Positions 38,533 to 52,905 of a stretch of DNA of 64,000 nt are shown here, piece after piece. Each line of letters starts with the position of its first letter. Position 1 is the stretch's first letter. The notes beneath the pieces are model-generated. The model had not been told where the DNA came from. It saw nothing but the letters and a program-made list of their open reading frames with translations, and made no database searches. This DNA comes from Marsupella aquatica (Eukaryota > Plantae > Marchantiophyta): contig OZ316893.1 of NCBI GenBank assembly GCA_973895155.1, positions 9,737,560-9,801,559 of the forward strand, given 5' to 3'. The position numbers and the translations under genes were made by a program.

Positions 38533-40925
38533 AAACATCCAAAACACTTAGTGCGTTTATTGTAAGGAGCATTGAGTTATCTTCTACAGTTTTCCAACTA
38601 TTTTTGGCCAATTAAACATTGCATATGCTTCATCTTAAAGTCCAAATGGGGAGATGTACAATCACTTGCAAGACGGTAAAAGATTTTTTGGCAGTATATT
38701 AAACACTTCTCCTCTATGAAACACATGTAGACACATTTGGGCATGCACGTACAGTTAACTATTTGCTTGGATTCTGTTTTTATTTTATACTTTTACAAAC
38801 AATGTATACACTGATAAGACAGGGTTTACCATGCTTTGAATATTTGTGACATTTATAGGAGTAGATTTGACAAGGACCCCACAATATTTTGCTAGTCTGG
38901 CCTAAAAGTTTAATAATTATTAAAGATGGTTGGATCTTAGTCCCAGCAGTTTCAATTTGAGATCGTGGCCTGGTCCAAAGATGTAGTTACAATGGAGACG
39001 GAAGCAATGGGTCAAAAGACAGACCTGGTTTTTACAAAACCTTGAAGTTCATGACTACAAGCATCGCCATTGAATTTTCCATTACTCAATTATAAAATCA
39101 ATCAGTGTACATAGGACACAACTAGAGCTTTGATGAAAAACAACTTGATCGGAGACTTGGAAAATTCCAAGATGGGGCCTACAGTTTTAAAAAATAAACA
39201 CTTCAAGTTTTTTTATCAAAACCTCTTGTGAGCGGCCGGAGGATGGCTTGTTTGAGGGAACCCCACATTGCATAATTATGACCATTGAAAATCATTCCAA
39301 ATGTCCAAAGTGAAAAACTACTAGCAAGTGCTTCAAATGTTACGTCAATTTAAATTTTGAGGCTACCAAAACGAAAGAAGAAAACTATTAATCCTGGTTA
39401 GGTGGTTTATTTGAAACTTTCAGCTATCTTGTGCTACTAAAATTGAAAAACATCAAGCAAGTGCATACAATTCGCCAAGATGGTGAGGCTATACATGACT
39501 ACGGTATCACTATACACAACCAGAGCACACAATATGAGGTTGGACTAGACTAGACTTATTAGTAGTAACTTGTCAGATGTCTTTGTAACAACACTCTTAG
39601 CAGCTTTTCTTGTGAGGACTCTAAGCCGACACTCCTCTACCAATCAGGCAAAAGCTGCTGGTGCACCACTCCTAGATAAATTACAGTGATTTCACTCTAT
39701 CTAGTTATTGGTTGTTTAATCTAACCTATGATTGAAATTCATTTTAGCACAACAGTATAGAGGCTAAACCAAAGTTTCAAATTTCCTTTCCCTTTTTTCC
39801 AACCACCAGGGGAAAGCCCAACTGTGCCATATTGTAAGTTCTCTAACATATACATAATATTCAATTTCATGTTTGAGAAATAATGCAGTCTGCTGTAAAC
39901 CAAAGCCTGGGTGTCCAACACATCGTCCCTGCCCACCCCCATGGACTGTGTAAACTCATCAACCAGTTTACACCAAAAGAAACAGTGACTGGTTGCTTTT
40001 GGTACCACTTGTAAAGTGTTGGTTTTGTTAGACTTGTCCATTTATTCAGGCAACTTTTAGATCTCTATTTTAAATGAGCTCAAATTTTGGTTTTGGTGGC
40101 ATGTTTTTTTATGTCTAATAATGTGCTTGCTTTCAGGTAGAGGGCATAGCAGGCTATTCTGGGTGAAGGAGCAGATCAATAGGGAATGGGATGTCTGGCT
40201 TGTGTCTGGATAGGATCCAATCTGCTTGGTGGTTGATTCACTTTGGTTCTTTTGATTTCTCTGTGTTGTGCTGGCTTGTGGTGCCCCTTTGTGTGTGATG
40301 GTATGGGCCTGATCTGGCCGTTGAGCCGGGCTGTTTGATCTACTGGTCTCTAGGCTTATTATTCTTGTGTCCCCCTCTTTTCTGTGTTGAACTATTACGT
40401 CATTCGCAACGACCATACAACCATGACTCATTCCATGCACACGTAGTCGACACAATCTCTACGTGGTTCACCTCTTCTCCAAGGCTACGTCCACACGAAC
40501 ACTCAAGCTTTACTTCAAGAGTAGACGGAGACACATGATCTCCCTCTTCCTCAAGTTGCTCCGTTACAATGAGTAAGCACACCACACACCAGCGGCTTAC
40601 ACTAGCCCTGGTATATACAAGGTCACACACAACTAACCTAACCTCAGCTAAGACCCTAACTGTGGTTAGCCTAAGTGCCGTAACCTTTGAGTCACAAGAC
40701 TAAGAGCAATCCTTAACAAACTCCCCCTTGACTCTAGTCTTGGGGACTGCAATTTCTGCTATCCATATGAGATACTCAGCGGGAAATTCTAGACAATCAC
40801 CTAAAACCATAGGTGTCCCCCTAAAAACCATTTAAGGTTAACTAAGGGTTAACTAGAATTAAGCCGTAGCCATAACAGGATTGAGTAACCCGTATACAAA
40901 AATTACATATTGTTAAGTTACTCTC

Positions 40926-43900
40926 CTAGTGCTGCAAATATAAAATTTGCAAAGTAGCACGGTGCCTTGAGTAACTCTCCAAAGGAATCACTTTGGTAAA
41001 AGCATCAGTCGGGTTGAGCTTTCCATCAATCTTGACTAGCTCAAACATTTTATCAGACACTGCTTGCCTAATAAAATGGTACCTAATGTCAATGTGCTTC
41101 ACCCTACTATCCATCACCTGGTTAATAGCTAGGTGAAGCGCACTCTGGCTGTCACAATGAAGAGCCATTTTTCCATGCTCCAATCCCATCTCAGTGACCA
41201 GCTTATCCAACCAAATTGCTTCCTTTGCTGCTTCTGCTGCTGCAACATATTCTGCTTCTGTAGTAGACTGAGATACACACTTCTGCAAGGTAGATCTCCA
41301 ACTTATGCATCCTCTTCCAAGAGTAAACACATACCCACTCGTTGACCTCCTTGTTTCCAGACAGCCTCCATAGTCAGAATCTACATAGCCAACCAAAGAT
41401 TTGGTTTTGTTTGATCTACTATCAAACAACAAACCATAGTCTATTGTGCCCTTAAGATACCTGAGAATCTATTTCACAGCCTCCCAATGTACCTTCCCTG
41501 GATTTGACATGAATCTACTCACTTTGCCCATTGCTAGGGCTAGATCAGGCCTGGTACATGTCATCAAATACATTAGACTGCCCACTGCCTTCTCATAAGG
41601 AACCTTAGTCATCAAGCCTCTCTCCACTGGATCCGTGGGGCACAAAGCCGATGATAACTTGAAATGTGGAGCCAAAAGAATACTTACTGACTTACAATTT
41701 TCCATGTTGAATCTTGCAAGTACCTTTTCAGCATACTTGCCTTGATTTAGCCACAACTGTCCAGTTTCAAAGTTCCTCGTAATCTCCATACCTAAGATCC
41801 TCTTGGCTTTCCCAAGATCCTTCATTCGGAATTTAGAACTCAATTTTGCTTTGAGTTTGTCAACCTCAGTTTGATCTTTAGCCGCAATCAACATGTCATC
41901 CACATAGAGCACCAGAATGAGCAAACCAAACACACCATTCTTGACTGATTTCGTATACACACAAGGGTCATACACCATCCTAGTGAATCCTTGTGCAAGC
42001 ATGAAATCATCAAACCGCTTGTTCCACTACCGAGGAGCTTGCTTCAATCCATACAAGGACTTAAGTAACCTGCAAACTAAACTCTCTTGGCCCTTCTTCA
42101 CAAAGCCCAGTGGTTGCCTCATGAAAATTTGTTCCTCCAAGGTGCCATAGAGAACCCTGGGCCCTCAGCGTTACTAATGCAGGGAGGACGTGCAAACAAC
42201 GCAAGGGTATTTTTAATGTAATGCAAACTAATTTTTATAATATTTTTTAAAGTAGGCAACATCCATGTATATACATTCATCACAATATTAATAATAAGGC
42301 TCTTATCAAATACATGTCACATTAATCTTATGCAAGGGTACCTAAAATGCCAAGGACACATGTCACTTATGGTTGGCAGACATGTCATCACTTCATTGGC
42401 ACACATGTCCATATAGTAAATCAGACATTTAATTATTTATCCTCTTAAGGCAAGTTTGGTTTCATGGGCTTGCATGGTAGACTTGTTTACCGCATGTGTT
42501 AAGTTGGGAGTTAAGTAAATGTTGGGCCAGGATTTTGGGGTCCAACTCGTTTGGGGTTCTGGGATTGATGGGGACCCATGAATCAATCCCACATAGACAA
42601 ACAAGATTACTTTTGAATTCCCTTGAATCAAATGGCCAGGTATGAGGCTAGGTGTGTTTGTGTGTGGGGTGGTGTACTCCCTTGATCATTGGGTTGGGAG
42701 GGGTACCCGATGCTCATAGTTGTTTGATTGCAGAGATGGCAGGAAAATTACCCACCATGTCTAAGTAACAATTTCAGCCAAAGGAGATTTGATGGTATTA
42801 CTCTCCACAATTTTCAGTAGTCATTTTTTGTATTATTAGTACTTTGTGTCTAGAATATATATGATTAATGTGTGATTTGATGTGTCAGGTTGCATGAAAG
42901 AAGTTGTCAAAAACTCTACTTATCATTTGGTGTTAATGGTTGATGTCATACCATTCTTAGTCAAGATAGAATAATATAGCAATTGGAGTTTACATAAGTA
43001 GTATATATGCAATTATTCCTCCAAGGATATAGCATAGCATAATAATGCCTTTGTACTAGTTCAGTTTATTTCTATGAGGTCTACAAGTTACCTGAGTTAT
43101 AGTCATATACTCTAGGAAGAACTATAAATCTTTAGTACTAATTTTGTTATGATCTATATAAAATATGTATCGTGAACATCAGTGTAACATAATATTCCCC
43201 TATGCAAAATAGAATCTTTTATGTTTCAATATGATATTTATAATTTTTAAAAATCCAAGGGTTTTTTTAATTCCTTGAAAAACTCTGTTATAATTTTTTA
43301 CATTAACAAGGGATTTTTTTTGTGAACAAAAATATTAAGAAGGGGTACACGGGGGGGTGTCTGTTCTCAGGGGGGTTCACTTAATATAGTAAGAGTGAGG
43401 GTCCAGGGATAGAGAAAAGCAGTAACAACATCCATTTGATCTAACACCAGATCAAAAAACACAACAAGTTGACACAAAATTTGTATCATGTTGGCAACTG
43501 GAGAGAAGACCTCATTGTAATCCACTCCCTTCTCCTGAGTGAATCCCTTGGCAACAAGCCTTGCCTTATATATCTTGCCTCCTCCATTTGAAGAGTTGTC
43601 CTTCAGCTTGTAAATCCACTTGTTATCCACAACTTGTTGATCACTTGGCAGTTGCACCAACTCCCATGTTTTGTTGTCACTTAAAGATTGCAACTCCCTC
43701 TGCATCGCTACATTCCATTTATCTTTCTCGTCTGAAATGCACGCCTCATGATATGAAGACGGTTCTCCTTCTTCTAAGATCAGTGCTCTGTCATCATCAT
43801 CAGGTGCAATGTCAACATCATCTAACCTTGATGAATCTATCCATTGTCCATACCTTGTAGGAGCTTGAGTAGTTCGCCTTGATTTTCTAGCTGATGATTC

Positions 43901-46333
43901 TGGCTGATCTTGCTCTGTTGGTTGATTTTGAGGTATTCCAACAACAACCTGCTCCTCTTGTTCCATCATCGGAACCAGCTCCATTATCGGAGCACCTCCT
44001 TCAACTATGTCATAAAAACCCTCATGACCAATCTCCCCCTCAACATGGTCCAGGATAGGAGATTTACCTTTGTCAGTACAGGAAGTCTGAGCATTCTCCC
44101 CCTTCTTTGATGATCTGGTTTCATTAAATGATACATCTCTACTGACAAGCAAGGTACGAGCTCCTGGATCCCATAGCCTGTAACCTTTCACACCTGATTG
44201 ATAACCAAGAAAAAGATACTTCTTGGAAGTAGAATCTAGTTTAGATCAATTCTGCTTAGGTGTGAGAGCATATGCATCACTTCCAAAGACTCTCAAAACT
44301 TGATAGTCTGCGTGCCGTCGATACCTCATTTCAAACGGTGTCTTGAAATTGATTGCACTTGAAGGAGAAAGATTTACCAAATAAGTGGCCGTATTTATAG
44401 CTTCAGCCCAAAATTCATTTGGTAAACCTGATTGGCTCAACATACTCCTCGATCGCTCCAATAGTGTTCGGTTCAGCCGCTCACAAACACCATTCTGTTG
44501 AGGAGTATAAACTGTCGTGAGATGACGAGTAATCCCTTGCTCTGCACAATATAGTTTAAATTCACTTGAACTATACTCCCCGCCGTTATCTGATCGCAGA
44601 TATCTCACCTTGGATCCAGTCTGATTCTCAATTTGGGCTTTCCACTTCTTAAAAGTGCCAAAAACTTCAGACTTGGCGTATAGAAATATGATCCACACAT
44701 ACCTTAAGTAATCATCAATGAACGTGACATAGTACAATTTTCCAGAAAGTGAGGGAGTTGGGGCTGGACCCCACACATCACTATGTACATACTCAAGTAT
44801 AGCTTTGGTATTGTGAGTTTCAACACCAAAGGTTCTCCTGTGCTGCTTCCCAAGCACACAGTGTTCACAAATATCTAGCTTAGTAGATTCCAAATTAGAA
44901 AGAAGTCCTTTCCTACGAAGTACCGCCAAACCCTTTTCACTCATGTGTCTCAATCTGCAGTACCACAACTGAGTTATCTCGCATTGAGATCTAGTTACAT
45001 TGGCTTCTTCACAAATCACGTTGCCCTCCAACAAGTATAGATTCCTGTGCCGCTTACCCTTCATGACAACCTTGCCTCCGGTTGACACTTGAAGAATACC
45101 AGCAGCAGAACTCCACCAACATCCATTTGCTTCCAGCATTCCAAGAGAAATCAAGTTCTCTTTCATGTCAGGTATGTGTCTGACATTACTCACTGTTCGC
45201 ACAGCTCCATCAAACATCCGAATTTTCACGGATCCAATTTCAATAATTTGACAAGGATGATCATTCCCCATCAACACAGAACCGGTTGATACTGAGTAAG
45301 AACTAAAAAACTCTTTCATACAACAAATATGATAGGTACAAGCACAGTCTAAAATCCATTCATCACCGTTGTTACTGGATGAAATGCAAAGGGCAACATC
45401 TTGACTTCACAAGATTTTATCATCAAACAAGTCAATCATATCAACATCAGTGGCTGCGTTCGTTGATGGTTGATGAGTCTGCTTGACTCGACAGTCTCGT
45501 TTCATGTGGCTTGGCTTGTTACATTTCCAACATATAATTGGTTTCCTTTCTAGAGATTTCTCTCTAGACCTAGATCTAGACTTAGACCGAGCCTTCTCCT
45601 TGCCTCTATTCCGTGAGGGGTATGTTTGTGAAAAAGTTTTGTTTTCGCCAATCATCCGCTGTTGAGTCCTCCCATGATTCACATTCAATGCACTGCCAGA
45701 TGAAGATGGTGTCTGGGCATGACCCAGTTTCTTCTGTGCATCATCTGACAGCAAAGAGCTTACCACCTCATCATATGAAATGGTTTTGATTCCTCTATAC
45801 AAGAGAACCTACTTCAAACCTTGATACGATGGGGGTAAGGAACTGAGAAGAAGCAATGCCTTATCTTCATCTTCCACTCCCTTGCCAAGATTTGACAAAT
45901 CTATAGCTAGGCTGTCGAATTCATCCAAATGATCTCGAAGCTTGCCTCCTTCTTTTAGCCTCAAGCTCATCAAGAGCGACTTCTTGTACAACTGATCTGA
46001 GGCATCCTCTCGGTAGTACTTCTCTCTGAGGGCCTTGAATAAGGATACCCAATCCTCATAATCGTCCAGCTTCTTAATGATATGCGGCTTCAGATACAGC
46101 ATAACCGCATTCACAACGATCACTTGCTCCTGCCTCCATTTCCTCAACGGGATCTTTTCCTCACTGCTAGACTCCTCCCGAGTCGATAGCAAATGATCTA
46201 GGCCCATAGCACGAAGAATTCCCTTAACCTGCTTCTCCCATAGCAAATAATTCGTGCGCCCATCATACTTTTCTACCTCAAACTTGACACCTCCAAACTT
46301 GGATGCCATACTTGTCCTCCCAACGTTCTCCAC
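40926..46333 (-). pseudogene. Copia gag-pol polyprotein, disrupted by stops, frameshifts and a nested insertion
   Basis: Gag LLLLSSLPPSY and zinc knuckle CWKCNKPSHMKRDC; protease WILD; integrase CEHCVLGK, HSDVWGP, LRSDNGGEY, TPQQNGVCER; RT YKARLVAKGFTQ, LYVDDMLI; RNase [29 protein letters not shown]. Confidence 0.93.
42155..43408. mobile_element. Non-autonomous TIR DNA transposon (1254 bp) nested in the copia RT
   Basis: 8-bp TSD ATAGAGAA at 42147-42154 and 43409-43416. TIRs CCCTGG(G/A)CCCTCA...TTACTA. The interior is AT-rich and non-coding. Removing it restores QMDVVTAFLYGTLEEQIFMRQP. Confidence 0.93.
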
Positions 46334-49300
46334 GTGCTATTGTTGTGCTACTCCCTATATTTTTTTGTCGCTTTTTCCTTCCTTCCTTCTCGTTGACTCA
46401 AAATCCAAATTACAAAAAAATGTCGTTTTTTGCAACTTTCCAAAAAACTTGAAACTTGTCACCGCCACTTAGCCCACCAACCTAGCAAGCCAACGCTGAA
46501 ATCCAAAATCGAAACCGAGTTCGGACGAAAAACTTTTTCACGTTTCGGTCGGGGTGGGTAAAATTCAAAAATTCTCCTCCGTTTTGACCACCTCGTGGAA
46601 TAAGAAAAATTCCAAGTACCACCCATCGTCGGAAATGCAAATCGAGTGGTGCACCGCGTTGCTAGCTTCAAGGGCTACGTTCTCGCCAAAAAAGATCCAA
46701 AAAAAGTTATCATTCGGACCTTGGAATCTTTGACTAAAGGCCAAAAAACAGCTCTTTGTTTTTTTTAGAATATTCCTTGGACTGTGCAACAGGTCTCACA
46801 TGGGGCCGTTCCCCCTGTCCAAGCGGTTAATTTGGTGGGTCACCGGGCCCGGGTTGTCGCTTAACCAATGAGGATCCTTGAAAGGATTAAAAAACCAGGC
46901 CTAAGGGGGTTTAAGCCCCTTAACACAAAAATACTGTCTTAAAAAAGGCGACGCGTGACGGGCCAGGCAGTGCACGGGGAGTAAAAAACCAAAACCGAGT
47001 CAAAATGGATAGGGATGGAGCTGCGACAGCCGGGACGATCGGGACGTCTGGGACGTCCGTACCGGCTGCGACGTCTGCGCCGGCCGGGATTTCCAGGACG
47101 TCCGCGATGGGAGTATTAGCAAGGAGGAGGAGGGGGTCGCCGATGGGGTATTGACAGGGGTGCAAGGGTTGGGAGGGTGTGTATACACACCAGGAAAAAG
47201 GCCCTATTCTAAGGCAAAATGTGCACAAAAAATAATTTTGTTGGGTTACTCACACTGCCGTTATCACTTTACACCAGATAAAGACTAGTTGTCGACGGGA
47301 AATGTTACCGAATTGCACCGGCACTGTTTGCAACTCTAGCAGAGTAAAAAAATTCCTGTCACGACTCCTTCACTCCCCGTCAAGTGTCAATCTTGGACTC
47401 AAAATGACCACTGCACCGCGATCTCTCCGTTGAGCCGTTGCACTTCCCATTTCTTCCTCCGAGTCGGATGCAACGACAAGAAACCCCGCTTCAGTCAAAA
47501 GAAGACTCTATAGCCAGTCAGAAACTCAGAACGGCTCTTTTGCTTGGTACATCGCACTCACTACACCCTCGATAGCAAACCAGCTACCGAAATGATCAGC
47601 TTTGCCCGATCTACGATTTGAGCTAAAGGTTGTGATGCCTCGCGCACCACAAAGCTCACACCGTTGGGAAAACGATCTCTGTTCCCCCCCACAAGAACCG
47701 TCGAAGAAAACCGTCGAACACGAATCACAAAAAATCCAGAACGACGGAAACGTGAATTCCTCCTCACCACGAACTCCGTTCAGAGATTTCTTTGCACCAT
47801 CGGAAAGCCCTTACCCCAATCTATCCGTTGAGCCCAACACCTCCAAGTTCCATGCGATAGAACTCCGTGAAATCCACCGACTCTAACCGTTGGAAAAACC
47901 GTCACCAACACGTCACAAAAATTTTGATCACCTCAACGTCACCTCCCAGGCTTGCTCTGATACCAATTGTTGAACTATTACGTCATTCGCAACGACCATA
48001 CAACCATGACTCATTCCATGCACACGTAGTTGACACAATCTCTACGTGGTTCACCTCTTCTCCAAGGCTACGTCCACACGAACACTCAAGCTTTACTTCA
48101 AGAGTAGACGAACACACATGCTCTTCCTCTTCCTCAAGTTGCTCCGTTACAATGAGTAAGCACACCACACCAGCGGCTTACACTAGCCCTGGTATATACA
48201 AGGTCACACATGACTAACCTAACCTCAGTTGAGATCCTAACTGTGGTTAGCCTATGTGCCGTAACCTATGAGTCACAAGACTAAGAGCAATCCTTAATAT
48301 TCTGGCCTCCTGCCATGTTTGCCACCATGGTAGGAGTCGTTCTTGTGTAACTTTTCTTAGCTGGTGCTGCTGATTTCCACCTGCCAACTGAAGGGCTTTG
48401 TGGCCTATGTTTATACAACTCATATATTCAAAGGAAGGTTCTGCGAGTATTGTTACATTGTAAAGTTCTTTTGTCCATACAAGAACCAGTGTCAAATGTT
48501 TGCATGTGTCCATCCTAGCTTTGGTAGGCTATGTCTAACATTTCTATCGTGAAGTATTCATGTCCATCTGAGCTTCAATAGACTATCTTAAATGTTATTT
48601 ATTTAATTAAAGGAGAAATCTGTGAAACCCCACAGAAAGGATAGAGTCAGTTACAACACTTGAATCCAAGACCCATCAGTCATCACTCATACGAGTTACC
48701 ACTCAGCCATGCCTCTCCAAGCATCTTAAATGTTTCTAAGGTGAGATATACTCTTCAGTCCAGCTTGGGATTGGTTGTATATGCAACATCATTGTGAGAA
48801 GTCCATGAAGAAACCTTGGGAGATAGTCTTAAAATACTTAAAAAAAGGCATAATGGCTTGCATCAATTGAGAGGAGGAATATCTCAATTGGTTGTATATG
48901 AAGTGAGAACTTGCTTGAACAAAGGAAGCAAGAGAAGAAAAAAGGGATGGTCTATTAGTTGAAGGGAAGCAGGGAAAAAAACTCCCTTGTGGAAAGGAAG
49001 CAGCTCAGATGAACTCTCTCCCCAATAGGCTTCATTATTTAAAGTTTTACCAGGAATCTTACGTATGATACGGAAAATGACGCTCCCATGGATCCCAACG
49101 TTGGTCTTTGAAACCCCCATGGACCAGATTTCCCAAATTTAAATTAAATTGTAATAACGTGATGTTCCAAATATTTTTTAGTTTTGAGGAAATGCTAGAG
49201 GAGTAGGTAAGCTACACTTCCATCAGAGTGGCAATGAATTTTAGGTCATTTTGGTTGAGTTATTCATCACAAAATACAGTGGGGTAAATTTTATTACATT

Positions 49301-49689
49301 AATTTTCATTGTGTGAATATGAAATATTAGGGTTTGTGTTTTTATGTCTCCTCCTTCTCTAGTTACCTTGCTATTTAAAAACTAAAAATTATTTCAAGTC
49401 TAATAATCATCAAGTTATAAACCCAAAACTCCCACGGAGCACCAAAATGTGGTCGAAGGGAGTGCTATGTCCAAAGTGGTGGTCCTTACAGGATTCACTT
49501 TCATAGGATATGTCTCTATTGTCCAACATTCATTACTGACTATTCATCAGTAACCACACCATACTTGATCATCTGTACAAGGTAATACCCAACTCCTGAT
49601 CTCCTTTCTGGAAATATTATAGACTGCATCTCCATAACACTATGAAGGATTATTTAGTCCTTCTTGGTTTACCTTTTAATTTTCTATAT

Positions 49690-52600
49690 GCACCTCTCAT
49701 GGTCAATGAGTTGGGCCTTGCGGATTCCTCCCTGTCACGTAACAGGTGCCCTGGCCCTGATGGCATTCCAGTGGAATTTTTTGTGGCTAATTGGCATTTT
49801 ATTGGACCATCAATGCACAGGGCTCTTACCCTGGGGATTTCTGAAGGGAGATTTTTGGCAAAGTTCACCCAAGGCTTCATTGTCCTCCTCTGCAAGAAGG
49901 ATGACCAACACTACCTCACTAACAAGCGCCCCATTACCTTATTAAATGTAATGTACAAGATCAGGGCTAAGGCTTTCCAGCTACGTCTCACACCAATTCT
50001 TCAACATTTTATTATGCCGCAGAAGTTTGCTTTCCACCCGGGCAAGAATATCCACCATTCGCTGATGCTGCTGAACAAAACACTTCACCATGTTGAGACT
50101 ACTAGTCTGGATTACATTATGATGAAACTTAACATAATTAATATTACAAAAGCCTTTGATAAGTTGGAATGGAGTTTTCTGCTGACCCTCATGGAGAAGG
50201 TGGGCTTTGCAGGCCTATTTACTCGATTATTAACCACTACGCAAGCCTCGACATGTTCATCGATCCTCCTGAATAGGAAGAGAGCTACCCCTTTAGCTCT
50301 TGCTCGTTCAATCAGGCAAGGATGCCCCTATCGCCGCTCTTGTTCCTGATAGCAATCAATGCTCTCAGCCGAATGATTCCTTGGGGAACTAAGCCCAACG
50401 GGGAACCATCCAAGGCGTGCACTTCAATTGGAGGACATTCACTGCATTCACAACTTATTTGCTGATGACCTGGCTATGATCATTAGAGTTGCACGGTGGA
50501 ATTTGTTGACTCTACCAAGAGACTCCTTGACATATTTGGTATGGCATCCAGGCTTTTCTGCATTTGGGAAAAATCCAAGGCAACTTACATTTCTCCTTGA
50601 CTGATCCCCATCAAATTTCGACATCTACCCTGGAGGTGGGAGGATGCCTCTACTGCTACCAAGCTACTTGGCATTCCATTTGCGCAGGGTATATCGGAAC
50701 AGCAGATGATTCTTACTCTTGCTGAGAAGCGGGAGGCCTGTCTAGATAAGATAAGGAAGAGTGTGAGATCCTTGGTGGCTTGTGTCACATTAGTCAACCA
50801 CTTGGTGCTGAGTACCCTCTGGTACATGCTTATGGTTTGGGCGGGGCAACATCATATCTTGGATGCCCTTCGCAAAAAGATCACAACTTTCATCTGGGCT
50901 GGGCAGAACAAGTGAGCCCGTCCTCAGGTAAACTTCTCCACGATTATCTGATCCGGCCAAGCAATTCGGTGGGCTGGGATTAATTTCCCTCTCTGCACAA
51001 TTCAGAGCTCTCAAGGGAAATTTCATTTTATGTGCACTTGCAAAAGATGACCACCCCCTGCGACGCATCCTACAACATAAGATCAAGCAATTGTCCATGC
51101 AAAAATGGGGCACTAAAGATTTCTCTTGGGTTGTCTCACAATGCCACACAATGTTGACTGGTGGATCGAGGGTGTGGACTAATATTTGCATTGGCTGGAA
51201 CGTAATTAAGAAGAACCTACAACCCTTGGCACCTGCTCACATAATTATATGGAGGGCTGGCTGGAGTTACCGCTTTGGAGACCCCATCTCAACCACATTG
51301 TGCCCAACCAGGCTAAGTGCTCTAGGAATCCACAGAGGCGAATCATGAGATCGGGTATGGTGAGAATGAAGGATGTGTTGACCACTCGGGGGGACCTTAT
51401 TCAGTGGGAGCAGGGACCACATAGGCTGCTCCCGGGCAATTGTACTATGGCCTACAGAAGGATGATCAAGAATCTGGTGATCGTACCGGATTGGATTACC
51501 ATGGAAACCCTCGACAACAAATCCCGGTCTTTATGGAAGTACGGCTACCTTGTGGATCTCTTTTCATCTAGGAGTTTAAACTGCAGCGAAACCACATCAA
51601 AACTACTTGGAACCAATTCCATGACGCTACATCTTTGGTGAGAACTTTCAAGGTTATGAATGGGCTTCTTTACAAGATTGCTAACTCGCCCCCCCCATCC
51701 GACATTGTACTACACAGAGTTGTGGTGAGATCCCACAAGGCAACCCCTGTAACCCATCAACGAATTGAAAGACCTATCCACCACTTGGCAATCCTGCTCC
51801 AATATGAATGGAAAGACGACACACCCTTTCTAGAAACAGCACAATTACGGGAGGTTCAGGGCCCACTTAGGAGTACAATGCATAAGGCGGTTAGGAAGTG
51901 GGCGGCCCGTTTGCATGCAATGGTCACCCAACCTCAAGGTGGTGTGGGCCAATACATGGCTCCCGTTTGATTGGCTGCTAAAAATGGCTGCTTGTGGCAG
52001 CTTATTTACCGCATCCCAGCCACCCATTATTGGAGGTTTCCTACTTTGCCACCATCCGACCCTCTCACCTGGTGCACGAGATGTGATCTCAGTCAACACG
52101 AAGACCTCATTCATTGTATCTGGAGCTGGCCCATTTCCTCCTCTGTATGGCTATGGGTCCAGTTCCGTATGCAGAGTGCTACCCCAACTCAATGCAACAC
52201 ACTTCATCTTCACCAATACACGTGTTTGTTGGCCAGCCATTGCCAGACACTTGGGACACCCCTGGGAAGTTATGGCATACTCTACGAGCTATAGTCTGTT
52301 GGATGCTCTGGAAGGATAGAAGCTCGTACTGCATCGAGCATACCAGATCGAATGCTCACCCGAATGCTCATTCTGTTGTTCAAAAGTCTTGACACCATCT
52401 AGGGATATATCTACATAGGGACTGGGCCAAACAGTGTTCCAAAATTTGGGCTGGTAAATCTTCATATGGCAAAGCTCTTAATTACATGTCATTCAACTAC
52501 GGGTCCTGGGCTGGATTGTGGGAGACTCACGAAGAAATCCTACAGATCCCACCGGTCCCTCCACATCCCCCTTGAATGTTGTTTAGAATTCAGGAGATGA

Positions 52601-52905
52601 AGTTGCACTGCATGCTAGACCAATAGTTTTGGCTATCACAGACCCATTGTTCGATGCCCCGTCGGCACCTGTCCACTGGCCGGTCTCTCAGAGCTCTGCC
52701 ACTCCTTCTGCAGTAGTTAAGTCATCTTGTTTAGCTCCTTCCGTGTGAAGTCTGCTTCTCTCCTGGCACTGGCCTCCCTGGTTCTCTGGGCTGTTGACAT
52801 TTGGTCCCCTCCGGGTGCCGACCCCCTTTTTTGTGGGCCACCCATGTGGTATGCTGGCTTTTTGAATGAAATTCATTGAGTTTTTTAGAGGTAAAAAAAA
52901 AAAAA
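49690..52905 (+). mobile_element. 5'-truncated, degenerate L1-clade LINE (RT through zinc finger, poly-A tail)
   Basis: CPGPDGIPVEFF, NKRPITLLNVMYKI, KAFDKLEWSFL, SIRQGCP, LFADDL, and zf-RVT-like CLWQLIYRIPAT...CTRC....EDLIHCIWS. Many stops and shifts. A13 tail at 52893-52905. Confidence 0.9.

Larger units (their letters stand above)
40385..48299 (-). mobile_element. Full-length, inactivated Ty1/copia LTR retrotransposon
   Basis: LTRs at 40385-40718 and 47968-48299 are about 96% identical by manual count. TSD TTCTG at 40380-40384 and 48300-48304. PBS TGGTATCAGAGC (tRNA-iMet) at 47954-47965 on the minus strand. PPT AAGGGGGAG next to the 3' LTR. Domain order is gag-PR-IN-RT-RNaseH. Confidence 0.97.

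Noticed and set aside
38600-40380. Short ORFs between the LTR fragment and the copia element
   Set aside because: AT-rich with no recognisable domains; probably decayed repeats that cannot be classified by eye.
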